The notes under the pieces are model-generated. The model was given only the letters and a program-made list of their open reading frames with translations. It had not been told where the DNA came from and did no database searches. The translations under genes and the position numbers were made by a program. From Azolla caroliniana (taxonomy: Eukaryota; Plantae; Polypodiophyta), in the NCBI GenBank assembly GCA_043228905.1, contig JBHGNT010000002.1, positions 8,618,001 through 8,682,000 on the forward strand: 64,000 nucleotides of DNA, written 5' to 3'. This document shows, piece after piece, positions 12,930 to 22,801 of the stretch (within the stretch, counting starts at the first letter, position 1; every line of letters begins with the position of its first letter).

Positions 12930-13483
12930 GCAAGCAGAAGGTTCCCCTTATGGAGTGTCCACCCTCCATTCTGGTCTCCTGTTGTATGAAGTAGATGATG
13001 CTCCGGAGGCTATGATAGTCATCAACAAACATCTAATTACTGTCTCCCCTTTTTAGCAACCACGCAAGCAAATGCGTGCAACCCATGTATGGAAAACCGT
13101 ATCTACGGTTACATTATGGATATTATGGAAGTATCGTTGTAAAAGACGATATGAGTCCATAATTCCTCTGCTCTCAAATATATTACCAGAATAATGGGGG
13201 ACCTTATTGGTGGTTGTGTTGGGGCAATGTGACAATATGCCGGGCTCTTCAGAGGTTGTTTTGAAGAAAAGGAAAAAATTACTACAATTATGGAGGAGGT
13301 TACCTCTGTTCACAATCTCCTCTCAAGGATCGTTATGGAAATATCATCACCCTTGGTCCTTGCTTTGACCACTTCTTTTGTATATAATACTCTCTAATTT
13401 TACATTTTTGTAGCCCTCTGGCGCTTTTCTTAATATTAATGGAGGAAATCTTTTTGAAAATAAAAAAAATAAAAAAAATAAAA
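12930..13483 (+). mobile_element. 5'-truncated LINE (L1-like) 3' end with A-rich tail
   Basis: Translation HVWKTVSTVTLWILWKYRCKRRY resembles the WxIWxxRN motif at the end of plant L1 ORF2; A-rich tail at 13456-13483; left boundary approximate. Confidence 0.55.
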
Positions 13484-13486
13484 TGA

Positions 13487-13932
13487 GAAGTTGGCACGGA
13501 CGTCTTCATTAAGTTGTTCGACTGAGATCAATGGAGTTGAGAGCCCAAGTACGTGTCAGACATTATGTAGTACGAGGGTAGAGCCCCTTGGAAGGTTAAG
13601 CTCTAACATGCAAATTCTGATTATTGCACAGTGCTGTGAATTTTTGACTTGGACTGAGTCGAAATGCCATGCCGAATATTGCAGAAATTGAGATCTATGA
13701 GGGGTCACATAATAGGATGCACATGAATCCAAGAGCCAGGTGCTTGATTCCTCATTTGTGAGCAGAACTTCTGACTCAACTGAGTTATCTATGAATAAGA
13801 TGTTCGAGTCATCCATCAATACTTCAATTGATGAGCTGACGTGGTTGACCTCCTCATGTTGGCCACCCTTCTGATAAGCTCACTTAGCTTTATCATTCTT
13901 CACTTTAAAGGTGCGACAGTCAGCCTTGATGT
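13487..13932 (-). pseudogene. Copia gag-knuckle/protease fragment related to the element at 27219-32679
   Basis: WLLDSCASYYVTPHRSQF; colinear similarity to ~30555-30980. Confidence 0.85.
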
Positions 13933-14689
13933 TGTCGCGGAAATCCGTGCATACGTTGTCATGAGGATTTTCGGCTATGGTGAGAAAACCCGAGTAGGAT
14001 GAATAAAATGGGGATGTGCAACATTGCACATGATTATTAAGAAAACAAATGTAAAAGGGAAAGGTAAAATGTAAGGTGTTAAAAGTGCACTACAAAAATT
14101 TATAAAGTGTAAATGTGATGTGCACTTATGTGCACATGCACATGTAGACTAAAGGGGAGTACATGAAGTACGGATGTAGTGGGTAGTGGGCATAGTGTGT
14201 GTGTGAGGGGAGGGAGTTAAGGCCCCATCAATCTCTCATCCTAAGATCAAGGCAAACATCCCCATTGAAAGAAGGGATATTTGGCCTCTCTTTTTGTAAT
14301 GTGCCTCACCCCTTACTACTATAAAAGGGAGTGAGGGGTTACAATTGAGGGGATCGCCATTTTGTTGGTTTGGGTAGACCATTAGGGTTTCAGGTCTTAG
14401 GGTTTTGGGTTTAGGGTTTCATTCATTCTTCTTCTTCTTCTTCTTTACCTATCCGGCTAGGGTTTCATCTAACGGTTTACATTCGGCCTATGTGGCCATG
14501 GTTGTAATTCATGTGGTGTTTTCGTAATATGATCATTCGATGGATCTTGTCTTGTCTTTAATCTTAATCTCTCTAGCCTTAATCCTTCTACTCGGTTAAA
14601 CTCCCAAGATTCCTCCCCTTTTCCCACTCCCTAGTCCAAGCCCCCCCGGTCTCGTCCTACCCGACATGCACACGCGGATATCCGCGACA
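13933..14689 (+). repeat. LTR (core 13957-14666, TGTCATGAGG...CCCGACA) bracketed by extra ~24-bp inverted ends
   Basis: TATA box CTATAAAAGG at ~14319; 5' part matches the reverse complements of ~15650-15864 and 41630-41712. Confidence 0.65.
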
Positions 14690-14692
14690 ACG

Positions 14693-15553
14693 TGTCGGCT
14701 TGAACGGGACCATGGGGGTTTTGGACTTGGGAGTAAAAGGGGGAATGGAAGCTCAACCCTTACGACCTCTGAGCTTGGAAGGATAGGAACAATGATCAAA
14801 GGATTAACACAACAAAGAACTAACCGAGACAAGGTTCATCAAACAAATTCCATTACGAGGCACAAAATGTTGGGAGACAGGTCCCTCCAGATGGGAAGGG
14901 AGAAGAACAGTGTTGATGAACAAACCGTATGAGGAGTACCCGGCTACGGAGAGCCGGATGGTGCAGACCTGGTGAGGAGTGCTCACCGGATGAAGAGACA
15001 TATTAGTAAATATGTTTATGAGAGTCTATCATGGCTATATTTGTAAATAGCCGAAAAGTCATATTAGTATAAATATGACTTAGGGCAAACTTTTAGGTAG
15101 CAGTTGTTATTCTTGTTGGTGCAAAGAGAGATAGAGCGCGGAACTGTGTACAGAGAGAGAGAGAGAGAGAAAGAGGTTGTTGCCTCTGTTGTAACCGCCG
15201 CCTGTGGTGAGGATCGTGAGCACGAGGTCGTTGCCTCCGTGAACTCACTGTTGTACATTCTAGCATAGTGATAGTTTGCAGCCTGTGGGCTGCCGTGGTT
15301 TTTCCCTTAGTTCGGGTTTTCCACGTAAACATCCTGCGTACTCGTCTCTTCTCTTTGTGTCGTGCATTCATTCCCGTTTTCTGTGTATGATTTTAAGCTC
15401 GGTTGTGGCCGAGCATTGCGCATAAGGAGCGTTTGAGTTCCCGTCACAAAAGCCACAATATGATTATAACCGCGGCCATATAGGCCGGACTCAAGCACAA
15501 CTAGAGGAAAACCTAACCGAATAGGAAGAAGAACTAAACCCTAATCGAGAGAA

Positions 15554-15587
<34 letters not shown>

Positions 15588-15864
15588 ACACTTACACACA
15601 CACACACACACACCATGCCTAGTACTTATTACACCCTTAGTTCCATGCACTCCTCTTTTCTACATGTGCATGTGCACCTAAGTGCACATCACATTTACTT
15701 CATGAACTTTGTGGTGTACTTTAGCACCTTACATTTCACCTTTCCTATTACATTTGTTTTCTTATTCTTAATCACAAATTCCCTAAGTGCACGTGCAATG
15801 TTGCACATCCCCATTTTATTCGCTCCACCTGGTTTTCTTACCATAGTTGAAAATCCTCACGACA
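14693..15864 (-). repeat. 3' LTR of a related Gypsy-type element, interrupted by a Copia LTR at ~15001-15500
   Basis: Minus strand begins TGTCGTGAGG after PPT GAGGGTGGA (15865-15873) and ends AAGCCGACA; homologous to 13957-14666 in inverted orientation. Confidence 0.65.
15001..15500 (+). repeat. Copia-type LTR, probably solo
   Basis: Starts TATTAGTAAATATGTT like the LTR at 40260-40636; typical CCGTGGTTTTTCCC...GGGTTTTCCACGTAAA U5 motif; right boundary approximate. Confidence 0.6.
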
Positions 15865-16504
15865 TCCACCCTCACCAAACTGTGCATCCACCAGGATGTG
15901 CCAAGAAAGGGGAAGAGGTGAGATTTTTGGCAATGGTGATCAACTGGGTTCCTCTGTACCCTCGTCCGACTTCGTCTTCCACTTCGAGCATGCCCAACCT
16001 TTCCACCTGAACCACCATAGTCACCCGATCCATCATATCCGATCCACCATATTCAACGCTCACACCTTCCTTCCCGACCGGTTGTAGTAGACCTCCCAAA
16101 TGGTGTCGCCGATCCGACTGCTCTTCCTTTGTCTTACTGCACATGTCCTCCAATTGGACTCCTAACCAGTCCAACCACGTGTTGGATACCGTTCGTCATG
16201 CACCTCGTATGTGCCCCTTTCAGCTCGACCGTTGTTGCGAAGGTTCACGCGTGCGTGTTACTTGGGAGGGACCACGGGGGTCTTGGACTAAGGAGTACAA
16301 AGGGATAGAGAAGACCCGAGGTTTGCTTTACGACAATACTACCTCCCGACCCCTTCCCGAGCAAGGGCTCGTTGCCCATTTTGTGGGGCCGGTGGCTTTC
16401 GTTGATCACGACTTGTCGAGTTTTCGAGATCAGCGCACGAGCCAAGTGATCAAATGGGTACAAGCAAAGATGAGTACACAAGATGAACGCACAAGGGGAC
16501 GATA

Positions 16505-17330
16505 ACACAAACACGAATGCCCGTACGTCTTTATGAGGAGGAGAGGTGCATGGGCACGCTCGTACGCTCCCTCGTCACAAGACCGAATGTACAAGGAAAG
16601 GGACAAGAATACAAACACGAATGCTCATACGTCTTTATGAGGAGGAGAGGTGCATGGGCACGCTCGAACGCTCCCTTGCCACAAGACGTCGAACGTACAA
16701 GGAAGACACAAAACACACGCACAAATGCTCATACTCCTTTATGAGGAGGAGAGGTGCATGGGCAAGCCCGGGCTCCCTCATCACAAGAAGACCGAACGTA
16801 CAAGGAAGACACAAACACACACACAAATGCGCGTACGTCTTTATGAGGAGGAGAGGTGCATGGGCATGCCCGAAATGCTCCCTCGTCACAAGACGGTTGA
16901 ACGTACAAGGAAGACACACACAAATACTCGTACGTCTTTATGAGGAGGAGAGGTGCATGGGCACGCCCGAAACGCTCCCTCGTCACAAGATAATCGAACG
17001 TACAAGGAAGACACAAACACATGCACAAATGCTCGTATGCCTTTGTGAGGAGGAGAGGTGCATGGGCACGCACAAAATGCTTCCCTTGTCACAAGAAGAT
17101 CGAACGTACAAGGAAGACACAAACACACACACAGATGCTCATACGCCTTTATGAGGAGGAGAGCTGCATGGGCAAGCTCGAACGCTCCCTCGTCACAAGA
17201 TGACCGAACGTACAAGGAAGACACAAACACACACACAAATGCTCGTACGTCTTTATAAGGAGGAGAGGTGCATGGACACGCCCGAAACGCTCCCTCTCAC
17301 AAGATGGCCGAATGTACAAAGGGGACGAGA
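16505..17330. repeat. Tandem minisatellite, ~8 copies of a ~103-bp unit, probably inside an LTR (~16210-17473 plus 37910-38680) split by the DNA transposon
   Basis: TTTATGAGGAGGAGAGGTGCATGGGCA recurs at ~100-105-bp spacing; 16210-16295 resembles the reverse-complemented LTR end at 22790-22850. Confidence 0.85.
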
Positions 17331-17477
17331 ACAAACAAAGAAAGAAAAACACGAATGATATTGGCTAAAGAAATAAATATGTAAGTTCGATTGCAATGCA
17401 AGAGTGCCCATTATAAAATAGGGTTTGATTACAATGTGGCAACTTCTAGTTAGCCACAAACTCAAGAAAACATAAAT

Positions 17478-17510
17478 AACACCGGGTCATTTGAAACAGG
17501 TAATATGTCG
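17478..17510 (+). repeat. Left terminal inverted repeat
   Basis: Exact reverse complement of 37873-37905. Confidence 0.95.
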
Positions 17511-17804
17511 CATTATGAGAACACTACGTCGAAAAAGGGCACAAAAGCACGCAGTTTTCAAAAAGACACGACGCATGTGTAAAGCTTTTCAGAAAAGGTG
17601 GCAAAATATATTGAATTTCAACATGACTACCACTTTGAGTCATAAGTAAAATGCCTCCAAAAATACATCACCAAAATTACAAAATAATGTACAACATGTC
17701 TACCAGTTACAATTATGCATATTCGTGAGTTTACATCCAAAACAAATTTACAAAGTTTCCGATCATGGAGTAAAACAATCCCCAACTTGAACCAAACCAA
17801 TATA

Positions 17805-20477
17805 TTAAGACATGTCTGATGGACTAGAAGAGCATTCTGACGTCTCATCCTTATCATCAGTGGCAATCAAAGCATTATCCTCATCCAATTCCAACCCAAC
17901 ATCTTTGTGGTTATGAGAATTGCTTCTGGTTATTCTCTGTATTTCGTTTGACACCATGTTTGGAAATTTCTCCTTTATTATCTTGATAGTTGCTTGTCTT
18001 AGATGACCTGATTTTGTCAATGAGAAGTCATATACTAGTATGTCAACACGGTCTAGTGCGAGAGTAGCCGTGCTCGGTATATTCTTTCTTCTTCTCTTTC
18101 TGCTTGAACATCCGACATCCTTAACCATCTCTAAAGAATACTTTCCTGTAAATGCATCAGTTGAATTTGTCTGATACCAATGGACTACTATTGACTTTGT
18201 CTGACTACTTTCTTCATCCCTTACTAATTCAATAATTTTTGCAATCCAAAATGGATGGCCCAAGGTATCGTCCCCTGCTAATGTTGCAACCAACATTCCC
18301 ACTTGTAGTTCTTGCAAATTACCTTGCCATCTTGCCTCAACAGTACCTGACTTTCTTGGTCCCACATAAATATCTCTTTGCAGTGGCCGAACTAAATCAT
18401 GAAGCTCCATATTATTCGATTGTTGGTGATGAGTCTGCGATATCGTTGATGTCATCCCAATGTTCCATGTGAATGGGATACGGATTGGCCATAAACCGGC
18501 GATGTAATTATCTAAAATGGTGCGTTGATGGGTGAAGAAAATCTCCCACCATTCAACATCCTCATCACCGACATACTTCTTAGTCCGATCAATATTATTT
18601 TGTTTCTCTACTAGACATCTCAACCAATATGCCCTTTGTTCATCAATAGTACTATTTGGTGCTACATTTTTACAATCATCATATGGCATTTGTTGTGCAC
18701 CATGTAGAGGTTCATCTGGGATATGAAGAAGGAGCCTACAACCTTCTTGGGGCTCCCATTGTGCACTAGATGAGTATTGTTTCGCAAACAACACCGTCAT
18801 CTTGAGGTGGGCCGATCTTTGTTTTATGAGGAAGACATGGTTGAAACTTATATTATTAAGAGGTGCAAGCACCCTACCTTTAGTCCCGTCACTATCCATG
18901 CAGAAACGTTTAAAGTCGTATACTTCTTCCAAGTGTTGTACTTCAGGCTTTGGTGTATATGCTTCACTAATCAATTTGGATAGCGTGGGAAGTGTGAAAG
19001 CATTACAACGAGCAAGTTTCTTTGAGAACCTACTGAACATTTGATCTATGTGATCATGGGTATGACCAACCAACAAGAAGTTAACCTTTATCTTTTTAAA
19101 TATGCCCCTCTCTACTAGCATGCTTAGATAGCCGAAGACAATTGAGTTCTTATTCTCTCTTGCTATGTTGTCTAGTTGCACATATAGAACTGGCGGGAGT
19201 ATACCTGACCATGATTGCAATACCCTGTGCATGACAGTGATAGTAAGATTAGGGCCGTTGTGGATATTGGGATAAGTTAAGAACACTTGCGGTCTTATAG
19301 TTTGACAGTATGTCAAACAACCCACTAGATGCATTTGCACGAGACACTCATCTCCAATATCCTTGGGGAGTCTTTGAAAATGCGGCACACAAGTTTTCTT
19401 TTGATCCATGCCGTCAATAATCATGCACATATACTTTTCGGGAGATTGAAACGCTTTTTGTCGGTGATGCATAGCCTTAGTATGTTCCAATGCCTGACTT
19501 TCACGATGTTCTTTTAACAGGTTCTTGTAATTCTTGATCTCTACATCTGATTTTCCACCCTTGGCCATACTTTTTAAACTCGCACATATTGAGCAGACTC
19601 CCATTCGCACCTTTCGTGGGATAACCACGTTATTAAATTGTAACCTCCATAGTCGATTAAAATGCCTGTATTGTATGTAAGGCTCAACATCGGAAGACAT
19701 GTCGTCCTTGTACGATTGGTAAACTTCCCTTCGAGTAAAGTTATCTGACAAATGAAGTCTTCCTGTCGTTGGCATAACTTCGCACTGTTTTGAAAAATAT
19801 ACCTCCATCCACCTAATTGCCTGTTGCTCAATTTGACCCTTACATCCAGAACCATTTTGATCGAACTGTACCCAGGAGCCCTTCACAAGTCGCTCTTGAA
19901 CTCGTTGCAGCCGCATATGTCCAATGCTATGAGTGATTTTAAAAGCTGCTCGACAACACTTGGTATTTAGTCCAAGGAAATATTCAACTTGCGTTGAATT
20001 AGGCCCTGCTTTGTGATCCAATTTAAGTTGCATATGCGAAAGAAGAAATGTATCTTGCTCTTCCCCATTAAGCGACAAGTATTTTTGTTGTGTTTCACGT
20101 AACCTTGACTTTCCATAAGTTGATAGACAGAGATTCGCACAACACGATTTGTTCAAGTCGCATAGAAGTTGACGATCAAAACATAAGAAATTAAATCTCT
20201 TTTCACTAACTTGTCGAGGAACTCTTTTAAATGCTAGAGGTTTAGTAATGCTATTGTTATCTATCGACGAAGAATCGTCCGCTTGTAAGCTTGCATGAAG
20301 AGGGCCATCAACAGGATCAATTGAAAACAGAGAATTCGAAGTACTAGGAGCCACACTTTTCTGTTTAAGCCGCGAATGTTTTTTGTGGTCGTACTCTTCT
20401 ATTGAGAAATACGAGTTGTCTGACAATGAAAAGGGGGCAATAGAAAAAAGAGATGTTCTACTTGTAGAAGAAGACAT
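17805..20477 (-). CDS. Sola1-like (DUF7869-type) DDD transposase, 890 aa, with Cys clusters and a C-terminal beta-barrel-like domain
   Basis: Catalytic-type motifs IIDGMDQ, QLDNIARENKN and FLLVGHTHDHIDQMFS; CSIC...H zinc motif; uninterrupted ORF inside the TIRs. Confidence 0.85.
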   Translation of the reverse strand: MSSSTSRTSLFSIAPFSLSDNSYFSIEEYDHKKHSRLKQKSVAPSTSNSLFSIDPVDGPLHASLQADDSSSIDNNSITKPLAFKRVPRQVSEKRFNFLCFDRQLLCDLNKSCCANLCLSTYGKSRLRETQQKYLSLNGEEQDTFLLSHMQLKLDHKAGPNSTQVEYFLGLNTKCCRAAFKITHSIGHMRLQRVQERLVKGSWVQFDQNGSGCKGQIEQQAIRWMEVYFSKQCEVMPTTGRLHLSDNFTRREVYQSYKDDMSSDVEPYIQYRHFNRLWRLQFNNVVIPRKVRMGVCSICASLKSMAKGGKSDVEIKNYKNLLKEHRESQALEHTKAMHHRQKAFQSPEKYMCMIIDGMDQKKTCVPHFQRLPKDIGDECLVQMHLVGCLTYCQTIRPQVFLTYPNIHNGPNLTITVMHRVLQSWSGILPPVLYVQLDNIARENKNSIVFGYLSMLVERGIFKKIKVNFLLVGHTHDHIDQMFSRFSKKLARCNAFTLPTLSKLISEAYTPKPEVQHLEEVYDFKRFCMDSDGTKGRVLAPLNNISFNHVFLIKQRSAHLKMTVLFAKQYSSSAQWEPQEGCRLLLHIPDEPLHGAQQMPYDDCKNVAPNSTIDEQRAYWLRCLVEKQNNIDRTKKYVGDEDVEWWEIFFTHQRTILDNYIAGLWPIRIPFTWNIGMTSTISQTHHQQSNNMELHDLVRPLQRDIYVGPRKSGTVEARWQGNLQELQVGMLVATLAGDDTLGHPFWIAKIIELVRDEESSQTKSIVVHWYQTNSTDAFTGKYSLEMVKDVGCSSRKRRRKNIPSTATLALDRVDILVYDFSLTKSGHLRQATIKIIKEKFPNMVSNEIQRITRSNSHNHKDVGLELDEDNALIATDDKDETSECSSSPSDMS

Positions 20478-20920
20478 TTGAGGGAGTCTAACTGTATTCT
20501 AAAACCTTCTTTTGAGAAAATTAAGGAATGCTGAAGCCTAACTATATAACTACCCGAACACTTAGATTAACTATATTATTTTCCGAAATTTTCCTAAAAA
20601 ACAAATAATTAAAAATTATTTTTTATTTTAAAAAGAATGCTAAAGTCTTCTATATAAGGAGGTTAGAAATTTCATTTTCATTATCACGTGAAAGAATCCA
20701 TCGAGCTCAGAGCACAGGCCAATTTTCGAGCACTCAGAAGCACATCGTGGACAGCACTACCTCCGGCATGAACCATGAACAAGGGAAAGAAAATCGTCAG
20801 GTTAGTAATATTCATTACATTTTTTAAGATTCCTAAAGATTTCTTAAAGATTCCTTTCCTCAACACATAGAAATTTTATTTTATTTTGTACAACGAACTT
20901 GGAAAGCAATTCTGAAAGCC

Positions 20921-21039
20921 AGGACCTTTCAACCGAAATCCGATGCTCAACGCAAATCCGATGCACTGCATTGGATTTCGGTTGAAGGTCCTACCTTTCA
21001 ACGCAAAATCCGATGCACTGCATCGGATTTTGGTTGAAA
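20921..21039. repeat. Tandem palindromes in the predicted first intron of the cargo gene
   Basis: AAATCCGATGCA-C-TGCAT(C/T)GGATTT twice plus a half copy; outer arms AGGACCTTTCAACCGAAATCC / GGATTTCGGTTGAAGGTCCT. Confidence 0.85.
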
Positions 21040-22801
21040 AAAATGTTGTTTTTGCGATAAAAAACTATCGCATGGGACCATAAAATTGACGTAATTTAAA
21101 TGATAATTTGCGTGATTTAGATAAAATTGTACATTGTTTCTATGTTTTCACCAACGTTTTTAATTTCAGTGAACCCAGACAAAAAGTTCCTTCATTTAGA
21201 TTGAAGATTCGATCTCCGACAAAACGAGATTCTGGCTCCTTCATGAAGGACACGAGTAAAAAGAATTTATTTGACTCAACGGGGGAAGGAGGATCCAAGT
21301 CATCTGTGGCTACTACCAAAATCAACAAAGGTAGTACGCAAGAGGAGAAAACGGTTGAGGTGAAATATAAGGATTACCCCGAACTTGAATGGTGTCTCTC
21401 TTATGTCGAGGAGGATGGGGTGCTGTTATTGATAACGGCAAAATCGGACGGGGAAGGGAAACTTCAGCTTGGAAAAACATTTAATTACGGGCATGTAACC
21501 AAGCTAGAGTACGAAGACATTGACTCTACAAGTATTTTAATCGACGTCTCGAGCTCAGTTGGCAACAGGCGATTGCGACTTGATGAGGGAAACCTAGTAC
21601 CGGAATCTTGCAATCCCAAGGCTTTGCGTAAAGACCTGCAAACGAAAAATAACTTGTTGGTAGCTCTTCGGCCGTACGTGACAAGAGAGATGATGACCGG
21701 TGAAGCAGAAACTCCACCGAAAAAGTCTAGGAAGACAAATCCTGTTCAAAAGAAATATACTAAATGACCACGACCCGAAGAAGAAGAAGAAGAAGAAATA
21801 TTAGAGTTCGTGGAAGAAGAAGACGACCAACAAGTCGACGTCGTGGCTCCAGGCGGACAACTATCTTCTGGTGTCCTGACGTCAGAACAAAATAAAATAA
21901 GAGAAAATATTGTGAAGACTAAACTTGTGCGCAGGGGCCAGCTATTTCATTTGCCCATTACTTCTATCCAAAGGCCCCCCATTGACCCCGTGACTGGAAG
22001 ACGTTGTCGTAGTGTAGGTTGCACACTATGTGGAAATTATATTTTTGTCCCTCCGGATAGAGAATGGAGTGCTCGGTGAGAACCGGAAGAAAACGGCATA
22101 CCGGCAAGGAGGAAAACGGCATACCGGCAAGGAGGAAAACGGCAAGGAGGAAAACGGCATACCGGCAAGGAAGAAAACGGCATACCGGCAAGGAAGAGCC
22201 GGATAAAGAGACATAAATGTAAAAAAAAAAAGGAAATACTCACTACTGCGCAGGGCGTGATTCGAACTCTGCACCTCCACGTTGACAAACCCCAACCTTA
22301 CCATTACATTAACTTATCTTAAGTGTTTTAAATATAGATTTAATACGTATAAGACCTTTATTTATGCATACCTTTATTAAAAGGTAAATTGTGTATTTTT
22401 TAATATATGAAAAAGAAAAACACGAGACACTAAAAATAACTCATGCACATCTAGCGTGCATGAGCCCTATACTTAGGAAATAAAAAAGCATCACATGCAC
22501 ATTTAGTGGACATGAACTCTTTTTGTAAAAAAAAAAGCATGAAGCCATGCTTAGCTCTTCTTTCCTTATATAAGGAGGAGAGAAATATGTAAAGGGTTGT
22601 TGATTATTTGGATTAAGTATTAATCAATACAAAATTTATTCGTGGGATTCACGATTTATACATCTACTTCTCTCTTAACACCCTAAGTACCAATTAATAT
22701 AGTATACTCGTGTGATTCACGAGTTTCTTATCTTTCTCTTTGCTATTTACTCATAATTAATCTCTATCTCACGAACTTCTTTCTCCTAGTCCAAGACCTC
22801 T

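Noticed and set aside
14594-14758. Long hairpin as a miRNA precursor or structured PBS
   Set aside because: Explained by two homologous LTR 3' ends lying tail-to-tail.
16505-17330. CRISPR-like array
   Set aside because: Whole units repeat with no unique spacers, there are no cas genes, and the context is eukaryotic; it is a minisatellite.
22090-22200. Short tandem repeats (GGCATACCGGCAAGGAGGAAAAC) and the ORFs made from them
   Set aside because: Ordinary U3 repeats of the LTR; copy number differs between the two LTRs.
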